Shown: piece by piece, positions 9,178-18,593 of the stretch
Numbering within the stretch: the first letter of the stretch is position 1
Layout of the letters: every line of letters begins with the position of its first letter
Source: Escherichia phage vB_EcoM_EP57
Length of the DNA stretch: 64,000 nucleotides
Sequence record: OR544956
Strand: one strand, 5' to 3'
Program-made: the position numbers and the translations under genes
The notes under the pieces: model-generated
The model's input: the letters and a program-made list of their open reading frames with translations, nothing else
Databases searched by the model: none
Told to the model about the DNA's origin: nothing

Positions 9178-9861
9178 ATGGAAAATATTAAAATCGGAGT
9201 GGGTGTTATCACTGTAGGTGTCCGTCCGCTTAAAGACTACCTTGTAACAGATCCACGTGCAGATTTTCGAGTATTCAACGATCCAGATCGTAAAGGTGTA
9301 GCTTATGCCAGGAATGAACTTATGCACCAGTTTTATGAAGAAGGTTATGATTATTGGTTTATTTTTGACGACGATTGCTACCCAGTCATGGAGGGATGGG
9401 AAACATATTTTGTAGATCAAGCTGTCTCTGGAGGATGGGATTTCTTTGGTATGCCGGAGTACTTCAAAGATAAAGTTGTTGGAAGCAAAGGAGAAGTTAT
9501 TCTCTGGGAACTTGCAATGTGTCAATTTGCAATGTATTCTCGTGCCGTTGTTGAGAAGATGGGTTATTTCCGTCCTTACACTCACGGTTATGGTTTTGAA
9601 GATGCTGAATGGGGACACCGTTTGCAAGCTGCTGGTTTGAATCATGGTATTCAGGCAACACCTTGTCCACTTCGTATCATGGCTTATATCCACCCAGACG
9701 ATGTTTTTGGAAACAATCCTATGCCTTTTGCTAATCTGACAAAAGAAGAGAAAGAAGCTGCTATTGGGATTAACTGGGAAGAATATAAAGCATCTTTAGA
9801 GGATATTAAAAATGGGAAAATCCGAATTTCCTATGAGGAGGCACTAGCACATGTCAAATAA
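9178..9861 (+). CDS. Glycosyltransferase, GT-A fold (family 2-like)
   Basis: GVRPLKDYL...AYARNELM...DYWFIFDDDCYP (DxD-type motif). Confidence 0.5.
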   Translation: MENIKIGVGVITVGVRPLKDYLVTDPRADFRVFNDPDRKGVAYARNELMHQFYEEGYDYWFIFDDDCYPVMEGWETYFVDQAVSGGWDFFGMPEYFKDKVVGSKGEVILWELAMCQFAMYSRAVVEKMGYFRPYTHGYGFEDAEWGHRLQAAGLNHGIQATPCPLRIMAYIHPDDVFGNNPMPFANLTKEEKEAAIGINWEEYKASLEDIKNGKIRISYEEALAHVK

Positions 9862-10798
9862 AAAATGGTCTAAACTAAAAATTGATGCAAAACCTCACAG
9901 CGGTTGTGACTATCATCGTATTGTTATGCCATTTAACAACAATAATATTCAACCTAAGAAAGATGCTGTTGTGTTTAACCGTATCCACTCTAAAGGTGCA
10001 GAATACGTTTTATCTTTGAAACGTCAAGGTGTTAAGATTGTTGTAGATTTAGATGATTTCTACCAACTTAATCCAGAACATTATTTAGCAAGTCTATACG
10101 AGTCAAACACTCATGCTATTGTAGCTATGGTTAAGCTTGCGGATGTGGTTATTGTGACTACGGAATATTTGGCATATAAGATCCGTCACTTAAATAGGAA
10201 TGTTGTTGTGATCCGAAATGCACTTCCTTTTGATAGTGGACAATTCACTTTGTCAAATGATCGTTCATCCGGTACCCCTGTTGTATGGGCTGGCGGTGCT
10301 AGTCACGAACCAGACTTACGACTAGTCTCTAATACTTTCGATGATGAACTTCTTACTATTGCGGGATATGAAACATCACAAAGCATCACGGGACAAGAGT
10401 GGATTAAGATTCGCAGAAATTTACCAAATGCTAAATATAAAGCCGCTGTAAAAGATTTAGATAATTACATGAGTGTTTACGAAAGTCATGCTATTGCTAT
10501 AGCTCCTTTGGTAGATAACGATTTTAATAATTGTAAAAGTAATCTCAAAATCCTGGAAGCTGGAGCAAAAGGTATTCCAATTGTTTGTTCTAAGGTATTA
10601 CCTTATTTTAACCCTGTAGATGCTCGCGCTGTTGCTTACGCAGAGAATAAAGCAGAATGGCATTACGAAATTGTTAAGCTTCTTCGCAATCCAAACTATC
10701 GGGAAGATCGTGGCTTGTTCTTGGCTGAACATGTTCGAACACATTATAATCTGGCAGATGCAAACGAGTTGCGACGCCAGGTTATTGAAAGTTTGTAG
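9851..10798 (+). CDS. Glycosyltransferase, GT-B-like, tandem paralog 1
   Basis: Paralogous to 10806..11750 over the full length; C-terminal NNCKSNLKILEAGAKGIPIVCS resembles the GT-B nucleotide-sugar binding motif. Confidence 0.5.
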   Translation: MSNKKWSKLKIDAKPHSGCDYHRIVMPFNNNNIQPKKDAVVFNRIHSKGAEYVLSLKRQGVKIVVDLDDFYQLNPEHYLASLYESNTHAIVAMVKLADVVIVTTEYLAYKIRHLNRNVVVIRNALPFDSGQFTLSNDRSSGTPVVWAGGASHEPDLRLVSNTFDDELLTIAGYETSQSITGQEWIKIRRNLPNAKYKAAVKDLDNYMSVYESHAIAIAPLVDNDFNNCKSNLKILEAGAKGIPIVCSKVLPYFNPVDARAVAYAENKAEWHYEIVKLLRNPNYREDRGLFLAEHVRTHYNLADANELRRQVIESL

Positions 10799-10805
10799 GT
10801 GAAGT

Positions 10806-11750
10806 ATGGGACAAATAATTCTTGACAATCGTAACGGAATCAATTATAGTGTCTGCGATTTCCATAGGGTAGTGCTGCCTTACTCAAGGCAGTTCTCTTC
10901 ACAACCTAAACACAACGTTTTCGTTTTTAACGGGGTGCCAACAAAAGGTAAAGAGGGCTTTTTAGCCCTTAAAAACCTAGGCTTTAAAATGGTTATGGAT
11001 TTGGATGACTCTTTAGTTATTCCAAAAGGACACATGTTAGAAGGTATTTTTGAATCAGGTATTCGTGAACATTTAAAATGGTTTTTAGAGCACAGCGATC
11101 TTGTTACAACTACGACACCTGCTTTGCAAGTTGAACTTTCACAATACAATGATAATGTGCACATAATCCCTAATGGACTTCCTTACGATGAAGGTCAATT
11201 TGTGTTGACCCGTGATCGCTACTCCAAAACTCCATTAGTCTGGGCTGGAAGTGAAACACATAAACAAGATTTGGCTATCTTGCCCGATTTTGGTAAAGAT
11301 CTTACAATATGTGGTTTTCGTAGGGATTCTGAAGTTTTAAGTAGTCGTGAATGGTCTGTGATCAGAGAAAATGTAGCACCAACTTGTGTTTATGAAGGTG
11401 TAAGACCATATGCCAACTACATGGAATCTTACGATGGTCATCAAATCAGTCTTGCGCCATTGATTGATAACGTGTTTAATAATGCAAAAAGCAATCTTAA
11501 AATTCTTGAGGCAGGTGCTAAGGGTTTACCTTTGATTTGTTCTCCTCGTGAGAATTATCATACACAAGAGTTTAAAGATTTGTTATTCTTTGCTGAAACA
11601 CCTTCCGAGTGGAAAGATATTACGGAATACTTATTAAGTGCTCCCGATGTTTGCATGGAGAAAGGATTAGCATTAGCTAAGTATGTCAGGACTCATTATC
11701 ACATTGATGTGTTGAATGAGCGTCGTAGACTTTTATTTGAGGAGCTATAA
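10806..11750 (+). CDS. Glycosyltransferase, GT-B-like, tandem paralog 2
   Basis: NNAKSNLKILEAGAKGLPLICS; about 35-40 percent identity to paralog 1 by eye. Confidence 0.5.
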   Translation: MGQIILDNRNGINYSVCDFHRVVLPYSRQFSSQPKHNVFVFNGVPTKGKEGFLALKNLGFKMVMDLDDSLVIPKGHMLEGIFESGIREHLKWFLEHSDLVTTTTPALQVELSQYNDNVHIIPNGLPYDEGQFVLTRDRYSKTPLVWAGSETHKQDLAILPDFGKDLTICGFRRDSEVLSSREWSVIRENVAPTCVYEGVRPYANYMESYDGHQISLAPLIDNVFNNAKSNLKILEAGAKGLPLICSPRENYHTQEFKDLLFFAETPSEWKDITEYLLSAPDVCMEKGLALAKYVRTHYHIDVLNERRRLLFEEL

Positions 11751-12028
11751 TGATTAACACTTTTGATTTTGAATACACCACTCGTAACGGGAAAGCTTTA
11801 GTCGTGGAGGTGGATTACTATTATGAAGAGCCTAACCCGCTTTCTCGTGAAAGTGATTGGGATTACCACGGAGGGCTTTTAATCGACGGTATTCGTTTTT
11901 ATGAAGGCTCTACAGAAGTTTTTGAAAAAGATTTAAATGTAACTGTAGCAGAAATTGCTTTCCAATTTAGAAAGCACATGGAAGAACTAGAAGCAGAATA
12001 TATGATGGAGACTAACGAACCATTTTAA
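11750..12028 (+). CDS. Hypothetical protein
   Basis: ATG overlapping the upstream stop. Confidence 0.35.
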   Translation: MINTFDFEYTTRNGKALVVEVDYYYEEPNPLSRESDWDYHGGLLIDGIRFYEGSTEVFEKDLNVTVAEIAFQFRKHMEELEAEYMMETNEPF

Positions 12029-12040
12029 CAGGAGAACAAA

Positions 12041-13561
12041 GTGTCGCACATTATAACTAAATATGGATTTGATGTTGATCTTAGCAAGGAAGGGCATACA
12101 GGTTGTCCGCGCTGCATGAAAAATGGCAAGGATCGCTCTCGTAATAACCTGATGGTTTATGGATTAGATTCTAATGGAGAGCATAAAGGTGCTAAGTGCT
12201 TTGCGTGTGAATACACTATTCCTAGCGTAGAATGGTTACGAGAAAATGGTGAAGTTTTAGAAGAAGAGGAGGAGATTGTGGGTTCGGAATTTAATAAACA
12301 GATTCATCGTAAAATTGTTCAAGAAACATCAACCAACCCACGTGGTTATCGAGGCATTAAAGAAAAAGTTTCATCTTTCTATGGCGTTCGTTATGAATAC
12401 CGTCAGGAAGGGGATCAGATGGTAGTAGAAAGTTGTTTATATCCGACTACCATCGGTAAAGAGTTGGTTGGTTTTAAGCGTCGTATTCATCCTAAAGATT
12501 TCAGTAAACCTATTGGTCAAGTAGGTAAAGATGTAGATCTTTTTGGACAAATTCGTTTTGCAGACCGTTCTCATACTGTGGTAATTACAGGTGGTGAACA
12601 CGATGCTCTGGCAGCTTATCAAATGCTGTCTGAAAACTTGGACAACAAATATGAACTTCCAGCAGTAGTTAGTGGCACAACTGGTGAAACCAGTATGTAT
12701 AAACAAGTTCAGGCACAATATCCTTTCTTTGAAAAATTTAAGAAGATTATTGTTTGCATGGATAATGACAAAGCAGGTAATGAGGCATTTGAAAATATTG
12801 TTAAGGTGCTGCCTCGTAACAAAGTCTACCGTATGCAGATGGATCTAAAGGATGCCAATCAGTATCTGGAAGAAGGCCGTGCAAAAGATTTCGTAAAAGC
12901 TTTTTGGAGTGCTCGTCTATACACCCCAGCAGGTGTTTATGCTTCTAATGTCTTGTATGAAGCTGCATTAGAATGCTTGGAATCCAAGATGATTACCTTG
13001 CCTCCTTTTATGCGTGTTGCTGCAAACATGCTGGGTGGTGGTTTAGTAGAGGAAGAGATTACCGTCATCCTGGCAAAGACCAGTATCGGTAAAACTTTGA
13101 TGGTGAACGAGATCACCAAACATATTATTGTTGCGCACCCAGAACATACCCTAGGTATTCTGTCCTTGGAAGCAACTTATAAGAAATATTCTCGTAACCT
13201 GTTGTCCTCGTTCCTGCATATTCCTCTACACAGGAAAACACCGGAAGAGAAATTTCAAATCTTGGAAGAGAATAAAGAAAAAATCCTAGATTTTTACGAA
13301 AGAGAAGATGGATCACCACGTTTTTATGTGTGTGATGATCGTGGAGCAGATGTGGAGTCTATCAAAGAAAAAGTTTTGGAGATGATCATCTATTTTGGAG
13401 TAACAATTCTTGTTATCGACCCTTATTCTGATTTGCTTTCTGGTATGGATGTTCAAGCCCAGGAAGAGTTAGCAACATGGTTGAAGCGCATCATGAAAGA
13501 GTATGCTATAACCATTATCCACACGTTAAGAAGTCGGCTAATGGTGGCAATGAACACTTAA
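12041..13561 (+). CDS. DNA primase/helicase (T7 gp4-like), N-terminal and central part; reading frame changes near 13520
   Basis: N-terminal Cys4 zinc ribbon (CPRCMKNG...CFACEY), Walker A LAKTSIGKT, beta-strand ITIIH; the C-terminal helicase motifs continue in the -1 frame. Confidence 0.7.
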   Translation: MSHIITKYGFDVDLSKEGHTGCPRCMKNGKDRSRNNLMVYGLDSNGEHKGAKCFACEYTIPSVEWLRENGEVLEEEEEIVGSEFNKQIHRKIVQETSTNPRGYRGIKEKVSSFYGVRYEYRQEGDQMVVESCLYPTTIGKELVGFKRRIHPKDFSKPIGQVGKDVDLFGQIRFADRSHTVVITGGEHDALAAYQMLSENLDNKYELPAVVSGTTGETSMYKQVQAQYPFFEKFKKIIVCMDNDKAGNEAFENIVKVLPRNKVYRMQMDLKDANQYLEEGRAKDFVKAFWSARLYTPAGVYASNVLYEAALECLESKMITLPPFMRVAANMLGGGLVEEEITVILAKTSIGKTLMVNEITKHIIVAHPEHTLGILSLEATYKKYSRNLLSSFLHIPLHRKTPEEKFQILEENKEKILDFYEREDGSPRFYVCDDRGADVESIKEKVLEMIIYFGVTILVIDPYSDLLSGMDVQAQEELATWLKRIMKEYAITIIHTLRSRLMVAMNT

Positions 13562-13812
13562 CAGAGGACGATGCAATGGGTAGTAGTTTCTTGGCTAAAG
13601 GTGCTGGTATTACCTTGGCTTTGGAACGAGATAAAGCCGCTGAAGACCCTGTAGAACGCAATACGACTCATTGCTTTATCCTAAAAAACCGTGAGTTCTC
13701 GGAAACTGGTCCGGCAGGGCAGTTTTACTATGACATTAGAACTGCAACTCTGCATGACAAAGAGCAGTATTTCAACAATCCTGCTAATTTGCCTACGGAT
13801 AGCAACTATTAA
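13477..13812 (+). CDS. C-terminal segment of the primase/helicase in the -1 frame
   Basis: HVKKSANGGNEHLTEDDAMGSSFLAKGAGITLALERDKAAED resembles the T7 gp4 helicase C-terminal motifs (LICHLKNPDKG...[23 protein letters not shown]). Confidence 0.55.
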   Translation: MVEAHHERVCYNHYPHVKKSANGGNEHLTEDDAMGSSFLAKGAGITLALERDKAAEDPVERNTTHCFILKNREFSETGPAGQFYYDIRTATLHDKEQYFNNPANLPTDSNY

Positions 13813-13831
13813 GGGCTTCGGCCCTTTTATT
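13811..13831 (+). terminator. Intrinsic terminator (GGGC-UUCG-GCCC then UUUU)
   Basis: aagggcttcggcccttttatt immediately after the helicase stop. Confidence 0.5.
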
Positions 13832-13842
13832 AAAAATACCTG

Positions 13843-13871
13843 TTGACAACTTTACGGAAGAGATTTATACT
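13843..13871 (+). promoter_or_regulatory. Strong sigma70-type promoter (TTGACA-17-TATACT)
   Basis: Consensus -35 at 13843-13848, 17-nt spacer, TATACT at 13866-13871; gaggagaag then ATG at 13905. Confidence 0.6.
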
Positions 13872-13904
13872 TGTCTCATCAACCAAACAAGAGGAGAAGT
13901 AAAA

Positions 13905-14336
13905 ATGCGTATGACAATCGATCTGAATGCAAAAGTTAAAGCTGCTGGTGCTCTGGGTGCTGGTGTTATTAAACACAAACAAGCGTTGGCATTTGCCATC
14001 CCACATATGATTGTTGAGGATCATCCTGAAGAGTTTGCTGTAAAAGTTGTTGAGAACAATGTCTCTGTTATTGAACATCTTCCAACTGGACGTTCTTACC
14101 GTGTTGTTTCTTCTAAAGGTTTTCGTTTCGATGTAAGCCCTTCTTTCACAAAAGGTGCTGGTCGTAGTAAAGTGGGTATTCTTTCTTACAAATATTATAT
14201 CGATAAAGTTGCAGATGGTGTCGCATTCTGTCGTGTAAGTGAAGGTAAAGTAGATATCATCTTTAAAAATACCAAAAACATGGTTATTTCTGACGATGGT
14301 AAAGTTGACCTCACTATTGAGTTCGCTAACAACTAA
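13905..14336 (+). CDS. Hypothetical protein, first gene behind a strong promoter
   Basis: ORF with strong ribosome-binding site. Confidence 0.45.
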   Translation: MRMTIDLNAKVKAAGALGAGVIKHKQALAFAIPHMIVEDHPEEFAVKVVENNVSVIEHLPTGRSYRVVSSKGFRFDVSPSFTKGAGRSKVGILSYKYYIDKVADGVAFCRVSEGKVDIIFKNTKNMVISDDGKVDLTIEFANN

Positions 14337-14345
14337 GGAGGACTA

Positions 14346-15140
14346 TTGAGCAAGTTGAATACACTTGATCAATATTACACTAACCCCGCTTATGCGGGGT
14401 TCTTATGTGATAAGATCAAAGAAATTTTTGGAGAGGAAGCTAACTACGTAGAACCATCTGCGGGAGAAGGAGCTTTCTCTTTTTGTTTTAAAAACATAAC
14501 TTCTTTTGATATTGATCCTAAGTTTGAAGATTGTATTGAGGCAGATTTTTTAGCTCAATCTGTTGAGTCTGTTGGTAGTGTAACTGCTTTTGTCGGTAAT
14601 CCTCCGTTTGGAAAAAATGCCAGTCTTGCCATTAAGTTCTTTAACCATTGTGCTGAAATGTTGGATAACGAAGGTGGTATTTGTTTTATCTTGCCTCGCA
14701 CATTTCAAAAAATCTTTTTTGCACACAAACTAAATCCCCACATGCATCTTCTTTACGAAGAAGAATGTCCAAAAGGATCTTTTATTCTTCATGGAGAACC
14801 TTGGGATGTTCCTTGTGTATTCCAGATATGGATTAAACGCAACGAGAAGCGTTCTCCCGTTGTTTTAGGAGAAAATCGACTGTTCGTATTAGGTAACAGT
14901 AAAGACTACGACATAGCCGTTAGGAGAGCGGGAGCAAGTGCAGGTAAAGTGTTATCAGAAGAAGATTCTTTATCTGAAGCATCTACCTACTTTTTAAAAG
15001 CCTTGACTTCTGATCTTAAAACACGTATCATTGAGGCTTACCCGTTACTTAAAGCTGAAGCTAGTAAAACTGCGGGAGTAAGAAGTTTAAGTTTAAAAGA
15101 ACTTCAGTGGGTTCTGGAGAACATTAGAAAGGAGGAATAG
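14346..15140 (+). CDS. DNA N6-adenine (amino) methyltransferase
   Basis: Motif I-like EPSAGEGAF and catalytic motif IV GNPPFG (NPPF/Y); TTG start after aaggagga. Confidence 0.6.
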   Translation: MSKLNTLDQYYTNPAYAGFLCDKIKEIFGEEANYVEPSAGEGAFSFCFKNITSFDIDPKFEDCIEADFLAQSVESVGSVTAFVGNPPFGKNASLAIKFFNHCAEMLDNEGGICFILPRTFQKIFFAHKLNPHMHLLYEEECPKGSFILHGEPWDVPCVFQIWIKRNEKRSPVVLGENRLFVLGNSKDYDIAVRRAGASAGKVLSEEDSLSEASTYFLKALTSDLKTRIIEAYPLLKAEASKTAGVRSLSLKELQWVLENIRKEE

Positions 15141-17737
15141 TGAGTAAGTTTACATGGGATATTGAAGCAAACGGATTGTTGAATAATGACACTATTGATT
15201 ATTTAGCTAGTCCTTATCGTCTCAAAGACACATTTCAAATGCACTGTATTGTCTTAGAGAACCATGAAACAGGAGAAATAGTAGCTTTCCACGATGGCCC
15301 TAAATACATCTTTGATGGGCGTCCTTATGAAGAGTCAGATGGTAAATACACATATGTTCTTAAAGAGTATGTGGCGCAAGATTACACACATTTTCAACTA
15401 AAAGATTTCCCAGATTTTATTAATCATGAAGGTTATTTTAAAGATAAGCCTGAATATCTGGTTGAAATGGCTGTGGCTCACAACGGTATCAACTACGACT
15501 GGTTGGCTACAAAACTGTTTTATGGATTAGATTACAGTGTTAAATATAATACGTGGGGCAAAAATAAGGTAAAACTTATTGACTCCTTGATTTTGAGTAA
15601 AGTGTTAAACCCAGATCGAAAGATTGAGGGCAAATCAGGACATAGCTTGGCAGCACTTTCTCGAAAAGCAGGTGGTGATGTAAAAATAGATTTCCGTAAA
15701 GAGATTCCAGAAGAAGATCGATTTAAGACTTTTGCTGCGGATATGCTTTATTACTGTATCTATGACAACAAAGCCAATACGAGCGTATATAATTACCTTA
15801 TGGAAGAATGGGGTGATTATGATAAATGGGAAGGTCCATTTGAACTTGAACAACGTGTAGCAGACATTATTACACGTCAGGAACACCGTGGATTTGCTTT
15901 TAACATGAAACAAGCAGAAGAGAACCTTGCTTTTTTGGATGCAGAAATGGAGCGTCTTCGTTTACTCGTTGAGCCTATTTTGCCACCTAAACCAGCAACA
16001 AAAGGTTATCTTAAGGCTTTTATTCCACCTAAGTTGCAAATTAAAAAGAACTTAGAGCCAACTAACCATATGATCAATTTTGCTAAGAAACATGATGGTC
16101 ATTTGGAAGAGAGGGATGGCGATTGGTGGTTAGTTATGTTGGGGAAAGAGTGGAAACTGCCAGTTGCAGCAGATGAGCCTCTATGTGATCCTAACATCCC
16201 TGCAACATTGAACGATACAACCCATATTAAAAACTGGCTTGTAGGATTAGGTTGGGTACCGTCTGAATATAAAGATAAAGACTTGACGCTTAAATCTGGC
16301 ACCAAAATTAAAAAGAGCGAGGAAGAACTTCAGAAAGGTATTCGAGCTTACGTTGAGCAAACTCTATCTTCTAATTTTTGTCAGGATCGTTGTGATCATC
16401 TGGAGTGCACACCGGAAACCTTGGAAAGGAAGATTCAAGAGCGTATAGCAAAAGGTAAAGGTCGCGGTCTTAAAGTATTGACTAACCCGTGTTTTACCAA
16501 AGGTCAGGAAAAAGAAATTTGTCCTAACCTGCAAGCTTTGGGTGAGAAGTTTCCTTATGCTACACAGATTGTAGAATACTTAACGTATAAGCATCGTAGG
16601 AACTCTATTTTAGGTGGCGGTGCTGATTGGGAAGAAGATGAAGAAGATCAAGAATACGATAAAGGTTTCTTAGCCGCAGTAAGGGCGGATGGTCGTATTC
16701 CTACCCCAGCAGCTACATGTGATGCTGCAACCTCTCGTATGAAGCATAGGTCTGTAGCTAATATTCCTCGTGTCACATCTTTGTTTGGATGGGAGATGCG
16801 TAACTTGTTTGGTGTAGAGGTTCCTAAATACTTCCAGATTGGCTACGACTTCGACTCTTTGGAAGCAAAAATTGAATCACACTACTGTTGGCGGTACGAG
16901 CCGGAGCCACACGAATATTGTAACGCTCTGTTATTAGAGAAACCTAATGATGTTCACACAATGATGGCAAAACGTATCACTGAAACTATCGGACGTAAAT
17001 TTGAACGTAGTCCTGCTAAATCTGTTAAGTATGGTATTACCTATGGTGCACAAGCCGACAAGGTTGCTAAAACAATTGGTAGCGATAAGTTTACAGGTCA
17101 ATTGGTGTTCGATGCTTTCTGGGAAGCTGCATTCCCATTGGCGCGTCTTAAAGAACGTTTAAACGATTTCTGGGTTAAGACTGGTAAACAATATGTTTTG
17201 GGTATTGACGGTCGTAAGGTTCCTACTCGTTCTGCTCACGCGATTCTTAACTCTCTGTTCCAAAGCGGCGGGGTTATCTGTGCTAAACGTGCAATGGTTA
17301 TTTATGACGACATGATCGAAGAAGAAGGGCTAAGTGTTGACTTCTTTAAAGATGACTGGAAGAATAAAGATTTCGTGCAACAAATGATTGCATATCACGA
17401 TGAAGCCCAGCTTGAAGTTTCTCGTAACCTTGTAGAATTTAAATGGTTTTCACCTGAATCATTAGGTTGGAAGAAAGTAGACGATCCTGAAGAACAAAAG
17501 AAAATTGATAAAGAATGCCTTGCTAAAGTTGAAGAATGGAAGCATAATAAGGAAAAAGAGACGGGACAAATTTGGGCTAACATTCATGAATCTCCCAAAG
17601 GTGGATGGTTTACAGCCTATAGTCGGGCAGGTGAACTTGCTGCTTTAGCTGTTACTAAGGCTGGAGAATTTTACAATCTTAACGTTCAGCTTACTGCCGG
17701 ATATGATGTGGGTAACTCTTGGGCGTCCTGTCACTAG
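15140..17737 (+). CDS. DNA polymerase, family A (T7 gp5-like) with N-terminal 3'-5' exonuclease
   Basis: WDIEANGL exonuclease motif; C-terminus RSAHAILNSLFQSGG ... GNSWASCH resembles T7 gp5 (RSPHAALNTLLQSAG ... GPNWAICH); GTG start after aggagg. Confidence 0.85.
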   Translation: MSKFTWDIEANGLLNNDTIDYLASPYRLKDTFQMHCIVLENHETGEIVAFHDGPKYIFDGRPYEESDGKYTYVLKEYVAQDYTHFQLKDFPDFINHEGYFKDKPEYLVEMAVAHNGINYDWLATKLFYGLDYSVKYNTWGKNKVKLIDSLILSKVLNPDRKIEGKSGHSLAALSRKAGGDVKIDFRKEIPEEDRFKTFAADMLYYCIYDNKANTSVYNYLMEEWGDYDKWEGPFELEQRVADIITRQEHRGFAFNMKQAEENLAFLDAEMERLRLLVEPILPPKPATKGYLKAFIPPKLQIKKNLEPTNHMINFAKKHDGHLEERDGDWWLVMLGKEWKLPVAADEPLCDPNIPATLNDTTHIKNWLVGLGWVPSEYKDKDLTLKSGTKIKKSEEELQKGIRAYVEQTLSSNFCQDRCDHLECTPETLERKIQERIAKGKGRGLKVLTNPCFTKGQEKEICPNLQALGEKFPYATQIVEYLTYKHRRNSILGGGADWEEDEEDQEYDKGFLAAVRADGRIPTPAATCDAATSRMKHRSVANIPRVTSLFGWEMRNLFGVEVPKYFQIGYDFDSLEAKIESHYCWRYEPEPHEYCNALLLEKPNDVHTMMAKRITETIGRKFERSPAKSVKYGITYGAQADKVAKTIGSDKFTGQLVFDAFWEAAFPLARLKERLNDFWVKTGKQYVLGIDGRKVPTRSAHAILNSLFQSGGVICAKRAMVIYDDMIEEEGLSVDFFKDDWKNKDFVQQMIAYHDEAQLEVSRNLVEFKWFSPESLGWKKVDDPEEQKKIDKECLAKVEEWKHNKEKETGQIWANIHESPKGGWFTAYSRAGELAALAVTKAGEFYNLNVQLTAGYDVGNSWASCH

Positions 17738-17754
17738 TTAACATATTGTTTTAT

Positions 17755-17776
17755 AAGGGGCTTCTGCCCCTTTATA
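17755..17776 (+). terminator. Intrinsic terminator after the DNA polymerase gene
   Basis: ggggc-ttct-gcccc then tttata. Confidence 0.45.
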
Positions 17777-17785
17777 GGAGGAAAT

Positions 17786-17977
17786 ATGCATTACGATTTA
17801 GATTGTCTTGGTATGCCTTACCTACCAGATGAATTTGAAGGCGAAGAAGAACGTGAATGGGACGATGGGGATATCCGTTGTTGGTCTTGTGGTAAAGATA
17901 TGTCTTATGAACAACATATGCACAATGATGGTTTCTGTATACATTGTTATAATGAAATTGATCTGGAGGAAGATTAA
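17786..17977 (+). CDS. Small Cys-rich protein
   Basis: CWSCG ... CIHC. Confidence 0.35.
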   Translation: MHYDLDCLGMPYLPDEFEGEEEREWDDGDIRCWSCGKDMSYEQHMHNDGFCIHCYNEIDLEED

Positions 17978-18154
17978 TGGGAAATGGTATCATGATTTGC
18001 TATAAAATTGTGCGTATTGTCGGAGACGAAGTTACCACTCGGTATTTTATGATAGAGTCTCAAGCCGATGAGGTTTACAATGACTGGCTTGAAAAAGGTG
18101 GATACGATTTTGTATCTAAAGAAACTTTCCGTTTAGAAGTATAAGGAGAAAACA

Positions 18155-18373
18155 ATGCGTAAACTAGTGAGCTTTAATGTTTCAATTCTTATTGATGAAC
18201 AAAATGAAGATGTTATTAAAGGTCTTGCAAATAAGATTGCAGGTGGAATGACGGAAGCTGAAGTGTGGGAAGAATGTGCTCGACTTTATGAGGAAGGTGT
18301 TATTGAGGTCTTGGGAGATGAGATTAATATGGACGATATTGTTAAAGTAACTGTGGAGCGTATCAATGACTAA
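18155..18373 (+). CDS. Hypothetical small acidic protein
   Basis: ORF track; aaggagaaaacaATG. Confidence 0.3.
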   Translation: MRKLVSFNVSILIDEQNEDVIKGLANKIAGGMTEAEVWEECARLYEEGVIEVLGDEINMDDIVKVTVERIND

Positions 18374-18593
18374 ATCAAAACAAATCAATATTGCCAAAGA
18401 AATTCTTACCGTATTAAAGATCGCTGATCCTAATTCTGTCTTGGCTGGCGGTGCTGTTCGTGATTGGCGTATTCTTGATATTGCTGGACGTGATCTGGAT
18501 TTTTACACATCTCTTCCTGCACATCGGAAGGTGTTACTGGTCTTAAACACGTTTTTGAGTTTGAACGTGATGGTCAGCTTTGCAACCTTATGA
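18366..18593 (+). CDS. Pol-beta-superfamily nucleotidyltransferase (CCA-adding-like head), N-terminal segment; continues in the -1 frame
   Basis: VLAGGAVRDWRILDIAGRDLDFYT (GGxVRD plus DxD). Confidence 0.45.
   Translation: MTKSKQINIAKEILTVLKIADPNSVLAGGAVRDWRILDIAGRDLDFYTSLPAHRKVLLVLNTFLSLNVMVSFATL

Noticed and set aside
15140-17737. Intein or mobile insertion in the DNA polymerase
   Set aside because: The translation is continuous with polymerase motifs and shows no Cys/Ser ... HN-type insertion
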